Shown one piece after another: positions 13,641-26,536 of a stretch of DNA of 64,000 nt. The position numbers and the translations under genes are program-made. Position 1 is the stretch's first letter; each line of letters opens with the position of its first letter. Below the pieces are notes generated by a model that saw nothing but the letters and a program-made list of their open reading frames with translations, was not told the origin of the DNA and did not search any database. This DNA is from Octopus sinensis (Eukaryota), in NCBI RefSeq assembly GCF_006345805.1, contig NC_042997.1, positions 92,752,001 to 92,816,000 on the forward strand, in the 5' to 3' direction.

Positions 13641-13857
13641 CTTGTGCCGTGGGTGGTAGGAACTGTGATCTAAGATATGATGGATGCGACAATCATCTTC
13701 AAACTTAGTACCTTCTGTGCAAGAGGTTGAACCACAGCAAGCTCCAATAGCTGAGGATGAAGTTAAGTGACTACTGTCTTCTTCATCTGAGTGATCATCA
13801 AATATAACACCAGAGTCCTCCCCACAACACCTCTCCTGGTCTACAGTAGATGGTAAC
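13641..13857 (-). CDS. Coding exon B (LPSTVDQERCC...HPRHK)
   Basis: Acceptor tcttttcttttcttag and donor AAG|GTAAGA; 217 nt, phase 2 in and phase 0 out; open for 72 codons; fits exon A upstream and exon C downstream. Confidence 0.85.
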
Positions 13858-14329
13858 CTAAGAAAAGAAAAGAATTGCTTTCAGACTTAGAGATATGCAA
13901 GTGCACTTACAAATTCATTTTTTACTATAATGAGAATATTAAAAAGCACAGAGAATGGAGAAGTTGCAGAAAACTGAAAAATAGTTTTAAATGTTTACTA
14001 CTAACATGGAGTAAACAAAAAAGAACATTTTAGTGATGAGGATGCTGAAATTTAATAGTGTTAGTTTTATTACACAAAATAGTTTTAAAAAAATTTTTTA
14101 TTGTAAGGAATTCTAAATACTCAACTCAGAACACAAAAGATAACCAAATTATTCACTAAGTTAAATGTCATTACCAATGACCCCCATACACACCTTACCT
14201 AACTATCAGATGGCACTAAATAAAGTTGACAAAAGGATTCAAAACTCCATCTCTTTAAGAAGAGACAGATTTCCATTAAAATGACAGCAGTCAAGTGTAT
14301 GAATAATTTTAAATATAAGTAACACCGCT

Positions 14330-14900
14330 GCTTGAAAAATGACTGGGAGGAAATAAGGCCAATGATAGCAAATATATTGTGTTTGATACATAGAGAGCAG
14401 AAGGTGAAGGTTAAGAAATACATTTACCTTGGAAAGCAACTATCTACAAGAAACATCATAGAAGAAGAAACCAACTGCTGTATCAATCTAAGTTGGCGAA
14501 CATTGGAAAGGCTCAGGTGTCTCCTAAAAAAAAATAATAAGAATCAAAAAAATCCGAGCTATCTGAACATACTATATAAATTACTGTGGAGAGCAAACAG
14601 CTGACTACTGTAAATTTCCTTGCCACAATAATTCTAAAAATTACATAAGCCTTTATCAATGAAATATATGGGAACAATTTTCATCTAAAATGATGTTTAT
14701 TATAAAATATTTAACAATATATCTAATAAGCAGAACAATAGAATACAGTTTGAAACCATTCCCACTGCATGACATTACAACAACTGAAAGTTGACCAATG
14801 TCTTGTGAGTAGACAGAATCTTTAAGAAGCTCACTGTGTGCATATGTGTAGACTCCTTTTCTTGTGACATATACACACTGATTAAAAACAGAGTTACTGA
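14330..14900 (+). mobile_element. Highly decayed non-LTR (RTE-like) RT C-terminal remnant
   Basis: Translation KYIYLGKQLS...EETNCCINLSWRTLERL resembles the post-RT YLG..I...EI..RI..AW motif of RTE/CR1 ORF2; stops and frameshifts present. Confidence 0.5.
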
Positions 14901-15548
14901 ACACAGTGTCATTTGTTTATAGTCTTCAATGAAAGTATGTCTGGTTATTGAGCTGTTTGCTGTTTAGAGAGTGAGGGTAAATACTAACTTGCTTGGAAGC
15001 AAGTGAGAGTTGACAAGGAAGAACATTTGGCCATAGAAAATCTTCCACAAGATTCATCTAACCAATGTCAGTATGGAAAAGTAGAAGTTAAGACAATGAT
15101 GATTCCTTATTTCAATAAAACTCAAATTAAAGGATGATAATTTCTAAGTTTCCACCAGACTTTCTATTTAGACAACAGACTTAGTAGGCACCATTGGCAG
15201 ATATAGCTTAACCTTTTATGTAGTATAGTATGACATGATTGGTGTTTTCTTTTTTAACTTACAAGAAAAAATTACTACATTGTAACCACTACATGAGACC
15301 CTCAAATCGATAGGATTGTCAGAATACAATGTCTTTACAAACATTTTCAATAGTAACAAGTAGTTATAGAGAAGAAAAGTAACCCGAATTTGATAAATTG
15401 AATTGTTAGAGCTGTATATTTGGTTTGTGTGCACTAGAAGCCCAGCCATACACTAAATAAATTTTTAAGGTGAATAATTTTCTGAAACTAGCAAAGAGAT
15501 TGTGACTCATACTTTTGTGGTCAATTACAATGTATCAACTTGAGTATA

Positions 15549-15766
15549 TTGTAATCCCTCGACTATCATGGGTGTTATGTTCCACCACCCCCTAGCAATA
15601 TATGAAAATCTGCGAAGTAGAAACAGTAATGTACTGTATATTTTTTTCATAGTTTTATAATTTGTATATATTTTATAATAAATGCAAAACACCACCACAG
15701 AGGAATCGACATACGCTTAAATAATAAACCACGATAGGTGAATCGCAATATGATGAAGGATTACTA
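15549..15766. mobile_element. pogo/Tigger-like MITE
   Basis: gtaatccctcgactatc ... gaaggattact termini; collinear with 41089-41289. Confidence 0.7.
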
Positions 15767-15804
15767 TATATTCATTGCTAAACCTCGCTAAGATAAATAT
15801 TTCA

Positions 15805-15878
15805 ATCACCTGAAGATTGACTGTAACCATAACTCGAATTATTACGAATTGGACAGCCATGAAACGATCGTAGTCTTT
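15805..15878 (+). ncRNA. Degenerate minimal type I hammerhead-like motif
   Basis: CTGAAGA (15810-16), partly paired stem II, GAAA-C-GATC-G-TA (palindromic ACGATCGT); stem I is mostly lost. Confidence 0.4.
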
Positions 15879-16023
15879 TACTCATTATCTTTTATTAAAC
15901 TTTTAATAATTTTGATATATATTTAAAATAATATAAATTAATTAATTTTATGTATTGGCTTAAGTTTTTCATTGTTTGATTTGCCTAATAGTGGTTTTAT
16001 CTCTAATTTAATATAATATATAT

Positions 16024-16090
<67 letters not shown>

Positions 16091-16091
<1 letters not shown>

Positions 16092-17285
16092 TGGGTTGCC
16101 CGGAAAGTTCGTGCCGATTTATAGTAGCTTACCTTTCGACTTATTTTAGAACATGGTTGAGTCCATAAAATAGGATTTGACTACACCTCCATTTAGAGCA
16201 CAGTTAAAGCTATCTTTTCGTGGAAGAAGGTTTATGTTCCTATAACCTGTGTTAATTCTGTAACCCTTTAAAATGGAAGATAAGAAAGTTCATTTTTGGC
16301 ACTTGATGCTTTTCTTTTTCCGTAAAGGGAAAAATGCCTCACAAGCAACCAAAGAAACATGTGCAGTTTATGGTGATGTTTCTTTATCCAAAAGAACTGT
16401 ACGGAAGTGGTTCGCAAGGTTCCAAGCTGGACATTGTAGCCTTGTTGATAAAGAGAGATCAGGCAGACCATCCACTACAGCTGATGACCAAATCAAGTCA
16501 TTAATTGAAAATAACCCACATTGCACAACCCGAGAATTGGCAGAAAGCCTCAATTTATCAAAATTTGTCGTAAAACTTGGGTACACAAATCGCTACGATG
16601 TTTGGGTATCACATGAGTTGAGTGAGAAGAACCTTTTGAATCGCATTTCCATCTGTAATTCACTTTATAAACGGAATGAAAACACACCTTTTTTAAAGCA
16701 AATTGTGACAGGTGATGAGAAATGGATTATCTACTGAAATGTTCAAAGAAAGCGACCTGGAGTAAGTGACACGAACCACCCTTAGCTACCTCCAAAGCGA
16801 GTCTTTACCCTAAAAAAGTCTTGCTTTGTGTCTGGTGGGATTGGAAAGGAATTCTGTACCATGAGCTTCTCTCAAGTAACCAGACAATTAATTCTGAGAA
16901 ATACTGCACACAACTGGACGAGTTAAAAGCAGCAATTCAAGGGAAATGTCCAGAATTGGCCAACAGGAAGAGTGTTGTTTTCCAACATGTTACCCCACCC
17001 TCCATATTCACCAGATATTGCTCCTTCGGATTTCTACTTATTCAGGTCTCTGCAGAATAGTCTTAATGGTGAAAATTTCAATTCCTTGGATGACATAAAA
17101 AGATACCTTGATAAATTCTTTGCCATGAAACCACCTCAATTCTGGGAAGAGGGTATTTTCAAGTTAAAGGAAAGATGGAGATGCATTGTGCAACAAAATG
17201 GTTCATATTTGGTTGATTAAAAATGTAATGGCAAGTATTTATTGATCTGTTTCTTTCCTTTAAAAATCGACACAAACTATACAAC

Positions 17286-17289
<4 letters not shown>
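16091..17289 (+). mobile_element. Near-full-length mariner (Tc1/mariner, D,D34D-type) transposon, inactive
   Basis: Imperfect TIRs TTGGGTTG..GTGCCGATTT / AAATCGAC..CAACCCAA inside (TA)n arrays. Transposase pieces 16273-16737, 16821-17060 and 16972-17220 carry RSGRP, IVTGDEKW and HPPYSPDIAPSDF motifs; stop, frameshifts and a deletion of the DNA(R)P motif. Confidence 0.95.
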
Positions 17290-17319
<30 letters not shown>

Positions 17320-17732
17320 ACACACACACACACACAATGACTTTTCCTTATCGATTAATGCAATGTTACAGCACAGCTCAATGAAATATGTTCAGGTTTG
17401 AATTCAACATTTTCTTTTACAAAATTAAAACTATACAACCCTACTAACATATATTTCATACAGCCTGCATTATGTGTGGTAAGAGAAACTTCGTTACCAA
17501 CTAAATCTGCAGACCCCAGAGATAAGACAGTTGACAGGAGGTGGCCAGGTAGAAGACTACCCCAAGTTACTGTATCTGTTTTGGTAAAAACCCTGTCAAA
17601 ACAGACTCAGTCACTTGGGGTAGTCTTCTACCTGGCTGGCTCCTGTCAACTGTCCTACCCATGCATGCATGGAAGACGGATGTTGAATGATGATATAAAT
17701 ATTTAGGCATGATTTTCCCATTCATAAAAATT

Positions 17733-17838
17733 CATTAAAATCTCATGTCGCAGACACCAGCTTAATAATAACAGGTATTTTACTAAATTCATTATTTTCA
17801 AAAATAATTGAAACAAAAGCAGTGTATTTCAACAGAAA
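17733..17838. repeat. Fragment of a dispersed TTAA-CCC-ended repeat
   Basis: Aligns to 18862-18960 (cattaaaatctcatgtc...gcagtgtatttcaac.gaaa). Confidence 0.7.
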
Positions 17839-18861
17839 TAACACCAAGACAAGGTGGAAAGATGGGCAACAAATTCATGCAATTTGACTGACCTGCAACA
17901 TATTTTATGATCATGTCCATCTCAAAGGCAAATACTATGAGAACAGAATGAAATGTTTTGCTAGCTGTGTGGTGTGTGTGTGTAATCATTTAAGACTGCA
18001 TGTCTTATTTGAAGATACTTGAGGAATACATTACCTACTGTACACAAGCTAACAAAGCTATAATATAAAAGCACTTATTTGATATCTATCATTTCTCTAA
18101 AATGTATTTGGCATTTGATATTTACTTAAGGAAAAGGGGAGAGAGCGTTTTATAGCTTATCAAAACATTTGTATGGTCCCAAGTTAAAAATTCATAAACA
18201 TGTTTATGTTAGAGAGTGGAATAAACTATTATATATACATAAAGAAATTAACATTACTCAAATTGCTCTCTTTTAGTTATAAATTATAAAATCTACATTC
18301 TGTGAGTATTTTGAATAAATTGTTTATTTTGGCAGCAGTCCTCATAAAGCATTGCTGTATGCCCAAGGTTGCCCATATGCGATTTAAAGAACAGAAACTT
18401 GATCAACTTTCTTTTATATATGATTAACTATTTAAAATGAACTTTTTTGATCCATGAACTTTGTAGTTCCCATTGTTGATCCACAGAATTTTATTGAGCT
18501 TTTGGACAGTTTTATTGACCCTTGGGATCCTATATCACTTGGAAAGGCATGAGCTAGAGTGAAAAGGAAGGAGAGTATTGGAGTTACTGAGTGAGATTTG
18601 CTAGTTGATATTGCTGCATTAGAGAGATAAGTACAATAAATAGACTTTTCCCAAGTTATCAGTTTGACTCTTCTAACATTTAACTGAACTCAATTTGCAA
18701 TATAGTTCTCTCAATATATAGATCAAGAGTCTGCAGGGAGAAGAATGAGTAATGCTGTGAAATAGCTAATTCAGAAAAACAATTTTCTAGTAGTCAAGAA
18801 GCAAAACATAATCACACAAACTCATAAACAGTAACAATGATCTTTAACTTTTAAAACCCTC

Positions 18862-18980
18862 CATTAAAATCTCATGTCCCTTAATAACAACAGGTATTTT
18901 ACTAAATTCTTCATTATTTTCAAAAGTAATTGAAACAAAAGCAGTGTATTTCAACGGAAACATGGTAACAAAAGGGTTAA
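18862..18980. mobile_element. piggyBac-like MITE terminus
   Basis: Ends in aaaagggTTAA (CCC-type TIR end plus TTAA target); homologous to 17733-17838. Confidence 0.55.
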
Positions 18981-19589
18981 GTATTGAATCAATTCAGTTT
19001 CTCACTGATCTTTTTTTCTTGTTTATTTATCAATCCCAGAGAGATGACAACAATCAAAGACAAGATTGGTGGGATTTCAATAACATCAACCTTTAATCTT
19101 AGCCAAAAGGTCAAGTAGCTATACCAAAAAATTATGGTTTCTAAATGTTGATACACAGTGAAAAATTTACAAAGCAAAGACAATGTAGCTTGAACAAACT
19201 CCAATGCACAAGTGGTTCTTACTTTATTGGTTCTGGAGTAATGCAAAAAATTCTAATTTAACAGAATATTCTATCTATTTCTGCCATTTAATGATGTCAA
19301 CTTTGCCATCAAGCCACACATTTAACTGAGCACCAGCACTTTACCAATATTTGAACTTAGAATATAGAGAGGGATGAAACTGTTGAACATTGTAAGACAC
19401 TTTCTCAAAGCTCTGCTAATCAGGCCACTCTACTATCCTGCCTGTAATAAGTATTATTTTCTAAATTGGCACAAAAGAACAGACTTTCTTGAGTAGAAAT
19501 GTGAATGAAATGGAATCAATCACTGATGACAACTATTGAAAAAAATAAATAAAGCAGTGTTTGATTTCCACACACTTATTTCAGGTTTA

Positions 19590-19990
19590 TTTAGGTATAA
19601 GCTTCTGCTTGTTTAAGAAGCTCACTTTCTAACAATGTGCCATACAGTGGCACCTTGTGCAAGTGACTTCGACTCTACCCCATGCTGACTAAAACCTTGT
19701 GAGTGGATTGGTAGGCATAAACTGAAAGAAGCCCATCATATGCATGTATACATACATAGGTGTGTGTGTGTGTGTATTTGTGTGTACCCTTGTCTTGATA
19801 TCATGAGATGGTTGTAAATGAGCATCAACGTCATACAAGCAATGCTGTTCATTTCCTGTCTTCTGTGGAAAATATTACCTTACCTGGACACAGGTGAGGG
19901 TTGACAACAGGAAGAGCAACTTGCTGTAGTAAAATCTGCCTTAAATTGTCTGATGCATACGAGTGTGGAAATGTGAATGTTAATGATGAT
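19590..19990 (+). mobile_element. tRNA-SINE family A with RTE-type tail (decayed)
   Basis: gtggcaccttgtgcaagtg, aaccttgtgagtggattggtagg, caggtgagggttgacaacaggaag, tail ttaatgatgat. Confidence 0.7.
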
Positions 19991-20699
19991 ATTTCTTGTT
20001 TAGTTTAGCATTTATTTTTCCATGCTAGAATGAGGAAGATGATTGAGGAAAATTTTGACTCAAACTGATAGGTCAATTTCCTATTTATACATCTGAATTC
20101 ATTCTATTATTAGGTTTTGTTGAGATACCACAGCAAGTAGCAAGCATTGTCATGAAATTTTTTTCCAGACTCCATGGTTAGTTATCCCTTAAAAAAAAAC
20201 CCTAATTTTTTAGGAAAGGCATCCTGCTGTAGAAACCAAACCAAAACAGACTATGGAACCTGGTGCTTTCAGACTTTTAGTTACTTTTCTCGTTCGTTAA
20301 GAGTAATGTAAAGCTTTCCTTCCAAAAGTCCTAAGTTACTCTGGTGGTTGAAAGAAAAAAAAAAAAGGAATATGTATTATATATGATACATGGACGATAG
20401 GGAAGTATGTGAATCACATGTGATACACAGGACGGGAAAGGCAAAGGGTTAAATTTCGAAGGACTATCTCTGCTAATTAATCCCCCAAATAATCCAGTTA
20501 GAAGGTTACTTAAAAAAAAAAGTTGTAATTCACTGCTTATATTTCAGAAATAGGCAGAGTGAGGCAAGCAGAGTAGAGCAAGTGAACCTTGAACAAATAA
20601 GCTATAGCAAAGTTTGATACCAGTGAATATAATTAACCTACCATATTTAAAATTATTACAGCTGCAATAACTATAAATAGCAGGCTGCTGGGTTTCATA

Positions 20700-22320
20700 C
20701 ACAATCGTATCTGTCACACTCGTACTCAGACTCTCATCTAATCCTTAGTTTTTTTTTTCACCGAATACTAAATCCATACTACATAACAAAAGCGTAGCCA
20801 ACCAAGTTCAGAAGTCCCACCTTGTCTTTAGAGGTCAAAATAAACAATATCAAATGACAACCAAAAAAAGTTAAAGAAAAGATTATCAAAATGTTTGATA
20901 AACCTTGCTTTTAAATTTGAACCTAAATATGACTGCTATACTTAATACATTATCATTTATCTGCTTCTCATGGCAAGTAAAAATTATAAGGTAGTTACAA
21001 TGAGAGAGAGAGAGTGTGAGAGAGAGAGTGAGAGAGAGAAAGAGTGAGTGAGAAGGCACTGCTGAGACTAAGACGGCCTTCCTGTTGTCAGTGTTTTGGA
21101 TAGAACAGGAAATAAATAACAGATTAAAAGGAAAAAGCTGCTACTAAGAGCGAAACAGACATGAGCTCTTTCTCTCTCGCATATGCATAAAGAAAAACCA
21201 CAAAAATTCTGAGCCACTGTGAACAGGGATGCTTAGCAACTCATCACCTAGTATACTAACATTTTTGATCAATATATATATATATATATAAACTTCTTTC
21301 AACTGTTTTATCTACGGCTTTTTATCAACTACCAGTTAACCTTCGACATTAAGCGATGCTTACTCAAAACATTATGTACCAACAGTATTAAGAAATACTT
21401 GACCATCACAAACAACAAAACAATATTAAAAAATAAATAAATACCCACTCCCACCTCGCCAGGCACGTGAAAAATCCAATATTAGTATTTTGTGCAATAG
21501 AGGAGAATTATGAAACAAATCTTAAAGCGACGAACAGAACAATAACTTATACTCTAATGATTCAATCATTTAATAAAAACAACAGGAAATCTATCAGTGA
21601 TAAAACCTATCAGGTTTGCTACTAATTTAAGGTGAAAAATTAGGACTTAGCATAGAAAGAAACGTCATTCAATTACTAACTCAAACTACTATTCTTCTAG
21701 GAAGGTTAAAAAGAAAAAAAGCCGCTATAGGTACTGCGTCACATTACTAAATCAATGAACGCATATTTATATATGTAAAAATTTCTGGTTAACTCCGTTG
21801 GAAATTTAAAGATGTATTAACTACGTATAAAAATATGACCTACAGGAAGTACAGACATAAAATGACATGTGGTAATTTAATTTGAGTTCTACCTTCCCTA
21901 GTCCAAAAATAACACTTGTGGGGCGGGTCGATAAAACAAAGTGTCAGTACATAATATATACTGGTCATTAGATTCCAATGACCAACACACACCAACACGT
22001 AAACCAACCCACTCCGACCAGCCTACTAAACGCCAACACACTGTCTGACTAATAGGAAGCAGCTACGTCAGAGATACATTGAAAATACTTCGACAAGAAC
22101 GAAATGTAAACAAACATGACAATCACGAGAAATTAACCTTCAACCAGAACTGAAGTACTTCGGCTTGAAACAACAATAATAATAATGCAAGGGCCTGGAA
22201 AACATTTAGGACAATACAAGACAACGGGTTGGGGATGATAACAACCATCATCACCACCACCACCACCACCACCCCTGCTTAGAATCCGATTGGCTGAAAG
22301 ACATTTCGAATCAATCCTTC
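20700..22320 (-). promoter_or_regulatory. Candidate internal promoter/regulatory island
   Basis: Locally retained CpGs in otherwise CpG-poor intron; NF-Y-type CAGCCAATC on the minus strand (~22287-22295), GGGGCGGG (~21920), TGACG half-CRE (~22066-22070, minus), GA tract 21001-21052. Confidence 0.4.
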
Positions 22321-22583
22321 AAGGTTTTTAAATGGTGTGGGAGTTGATTTCCTCTACTAACAACAGCTTCATCTTCATGCACTCTGCGTGCACACACACA
22401 CACTGCAACGGGGTAAATGATAGGAAAAGGCCTCTTACTGGGAGGAGGGAAGACAAAATGGAACATATGACATGGACATTGCAAAGGTAGGGACTCTGAA
22501 TAATTGATAGGAGGGGCAGCACTTGAGTCCTGCCGCAAAAAACCTCTCTCAGATTCAAGTGACTTGATAAAAAAAACATTAAG

Positions 22584-22906
22584 CGTGGCTGTGTGGTAGA
22601 AGCTTGCTTCCCAACAACGTGGTTTGGGGTTCAGTCCCACTGCATGACACTTTGAGAGGATTTGGTAGACGGAATCTGAAGGAAGCCTGTCATATATATG
22701 TATGTATGTATGCATATGTCTGTGTTTGTTCCCCCACCATCGCTTGACAACCAATGTTGGTGTGTTTACGTCCCTGTAACTTAGCGGTTTGGCTAGGGAC
22801 CGATTGAATAAATACTAGGCTTACAAAGAATAATTCCAGCTGTCGATTTGTTTAACTAAAAGTGGTGCTCCAGCATGGCTGCAGTCAAATGACAAACAAA
22901 AGAATA
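22584..22906 (+). mobile_element. tRNA-SINE family A
   Basis: gtggctgtgtggtagaagcttgcttcccaac...gttcagtcccactgc...gtggtgctccagcatggctgcagtcaaatgac. Confidence 0.85.
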
Positions 22907-24959
22907 ACTTGTTCACGCTGGGAAGTACACGATAGGGAGGATATTTAGTCAGAAAAACCATATCAAGCAAAAATAAATATATAAAAATAAGATGTCAAAC
23001 AAAAAGAACGCCAGTGTTCTTTTTTGTGTGTTAGCTGTCAAGATGTTTTGAAGGTGTTCAACCCATATCATCATGGAAAACAAAAGACCTCCAGAAGAAG
23101 TAACAGGTGTGAATGTTGTGTGTGAATGTGTGTGTGCCTGTGAGAAAACGTGCACACACAACTAAAACAAATTCATACTTTTTACACTATACAAAGGCAC
23201 CTTTATGTTATAACACCACCTAGAGTGGTTGTATAAAACATAACATAGCTAGAGTGTGTGCCGCTCGGGATGGACCTTCCGTTTGTTGCCCCCAGACCCT
23301 ACAAAAAACACATTGCCTACAGCTCACCCAAAAGTGGCGCCCCTTTAAAAGTGCTGCCCAAGGTGGACCGCTCCTACCTAGCTACGCTAATGCAACCACT
23401 ATGCGTCATACACACCCACCAACTACATATTTTACACACATACTATAAATCCTGTATGACATGGGATACTTTTCAAAACAACCCAAGACAACAAAGTGTT
23501 GCTGTAAATACCAACTATATATTAAGGACAAGAGCATTATCCACATTAAATTAAAAAGTTGCGAGACGTCTCCTTTTAAAAATACAATAGAGAACATTAA
23601 TGTAGAAAAACTGAGAAACAAAACTAAATAAAGCTAGATTAAAATAACGTTAGAACTTTAGCAAGGGGTTCAATGATAAGGATAAAGATTCATGTGGCTA
23701 TCATGTAGATATCGCATAGGCAATTCAAACAAAAGCATTGTAGCATTCTATAAAAAGCTGTAATCCTTATTACGTAGATGTAAATAGACATTTGAGAGTG
23801 GGCCAACTACATCTACCTAAATTATGTTTCATTGCAATAATTTAGAAATAATGACAATAGTAACTGTCATACATACACACACACAAATATACATACACGT
23901 GTATGTATATATATACACACACACACGCTAACTTAAATACATACATATAATCAACACACATATACATACATCATACACACATGCATACTCAATGCTGTTT
24001 TTTTTTCTTCATGGTAAAAGCATTACTGAAGTTGCCATGTGGATCACAAGACTAAGATCTTGTTTGATTAAGTGTGCTGTTTTATGCTAGGAAATTAAGA
24101 ATTAAAATATGAAACAGGGTTCTTTGCAGTGGAGGTGCTATATGGCTACCCATCTTACAGAATAGTGAGTGGGATTAACCAGGGTGGAATTGGAAAGAAA
24201 GATAAAATTGGAGTGATGAGGAGTGAGAGTAGTCTCTCAAAGTACAAGAAGCTAAATATGAGTAGGAACACAATGACAAGTGTGGGTGGATAGAAAATGC
24301 AAGAACATTTGGGGAGCGTCAAGGATGGTTAGATATAGGGTGGGCGTGAATATGATAAAGAACAAGGATTGAGGGTGGCTGATGATAAATATGCATTGGA
24401 AAGGAAGAGTAGGTGATAGCTTAGAGACTGGGTAAGGTTAAGTAGTAGATGTAATGAATAATGGACAAGGGTGGCAGGGTGGTTGATGATACATGTGCTG
24501 GAGTGGAAAGTAGGTATTGACTGATAGTACAGTAAGGGGTTAAGAGCAGCAGACTAGTAATAATAATACATAGAAAATGGAAAGATGAGAGAAAGGGTGA
24601 TGACATATGTGTGGATGGGTTGCAAGAGTTTGAGAGGAGAAGATGCAGGGCATGGGCATAGGTGCACAATGGTGGAGAGGGAGATAATCTGATAGCATAG
24701 AAGGGTGATCAATCTAAAATGTAAGTGGAGAGGGATTACGTTAAGAATGAAGGATAAGTGTTAAGTGAAGTAGTTCTGGATAATGAGAAAGATAACTGGC
24801 ATCGCAGAAAAAGGGGATGAAATATGCAGTTCTGCACCCATTTAATTGTGGCAGCAGAATACAGTGACAGAGAGATATGATGAGAGGTTGGGAAGGCTTG
24901 AGTAAACTGGATGAGCGGCCAGTAGTGTAGTTACACACACACATTATGCTTCCAAACAT

Positions 24960-25720
24960 AGTTTTACCAAGATGAGCAGGTCTTCTTGAGCACTATATAC
25001 TGTCAGTTATCCTCTCTGAAATTCAAAGTCCTGAAATCAGTCTTCACCACTTTATTCCATATCTTCCTAGGTCTCACTCTTTCACAAGCTCCATCCATAT
25101 TAATCTATTGGCACTTCTATATAGAAAGAAATGTCTTCATCCATACTCATCACACATGTCCATAGCTAGTAGCATAGTCTCTTGCACACTACATCTGATT
25201 CTGCTTATACCTAACCCTTTTTCAACACATTTGCACTTTGTTGTGCATTCAACAAAGCATGGTAGCTTCATTTCTTTCTAGTCTCACAATTCCTCTTCAT
25301 TCGAGGCCAATCTCACACAACCAAGTAACATCACTGTTCATATTTGAACATTTGAGAGAGAAAATGTTTGTAACCAGCAGAGGTAAAAGCTTTCTGAACA
25401 TTCCCCAGTCTGTTATTTTACTGGCAACAATACTTTCAGAACAATCTCCTCTACTGCTAATTAGGTTACCTCCCAGGCATTTGAGGAAATCTATTTTCTA
25501 TGGGAATCTAGTGAATGTTCCAGAGCATCTGTCACATAAGTTTATTTCCTCTCTTAACCTGTCTGTCACACTGCTGTATATTTTTGTGTCCATGGTTTAT
25601 TTGCATTGGATACACCATATACAATTTCTGCTTACTGCTTTTTGATTTAAAGGAGCCTGTCAAACATATATGTGTGTATATCTCCTTGGCTAGATGTCAC
25701 ACAAGTTTTAAATGAGTGTT
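24960..25720 (-). mobile_element. Decayed RTE LINE ORF2 C-terminal fragment
   Basis: Collinear similarity with 49480-50200 and 58100-58900; many stops. Confidence 0.6.
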
Positions 25721-26536
25721 ACTATTATATAAACAGCATCATTCATTTCCAATCTTCTATATGAAAATATGTGCAGCCTTAAGGAAACCATCAATTTACA
25801 TGAAAACAGGGAGGGCATCCAGTTGTAGAAAACCAATAATTTCTATTCAACCCATGCAACTATGGAAAAGTGGATATTAAAATAATGATGTATAAATGTA
25901 TATGTATGAATATGTATACATACACACACTGCATATACTCACATGTATATACACACACATATACATGTGTGAGTGTGCCTGTGTAAAGACTTCCCACAGC
26001 ATATATATATAAGGGTTATCTAACCGTTTTGTAAGTGATAGGTAACGGGATTTGATTCTAGAAAGCAACAAGCCAAAATACATTGTGTTGCCTCTCAAAT
26101 ATTCTGGTAAGCCAATGTTTTTAGTATTAAGTTCACCTATTGACCCTGAACACAGTCAAATTAGACTGGATGTAATCTCAGAATGCAAAGGGATGGAAGA
26201 AATACCATAACAGAATATAGCCCATGCACCTAAAGGGCTACTGACAGCTAGTTTGAATCCTTACATGTATGTGGTGTATCATCATATGTATATGATACCA
26301 GCAACATAACACAACCTCAATAAAGTTCTGCTGTTTAGTGCAATGGAATGCATAAGAAAAAGAAAATGTTCCATGATAATTTATTTTGTTCATTTTTCTT
26401 GAAAGTAAAATTATTGGTTCTTTAGATACAGAAGGTAGGAGAGATATTGTGTAAGGATGCTTGTATCTGAAGCTTTCAGATGTAACTGACAACAGCAACA
26501 CCTGTTAATCAAAACTAGATTTCGAATTTCACTTAC

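Noticed and set aside
15216-15449. Minus ORF with an acceptor near 15454 and a GTAAGT donor near 15262
   Set aside because: Phase 0 in and phase 1 out does not link to exon B (phase 2); composition is intron-like.
16273-17220. Domesticated SETMAR-like gene
   Set aside because: No SET domain; stop, frameshifts and a catalytic deletion; TIRs are still present, so this is a dead transposon.
17733-18980. Apparent local segmental duplication
   Set aside because: One copy ends in a gggTTAA transposon-type terminus, so two insertions of a dispersed repeat is the simpler explanation.
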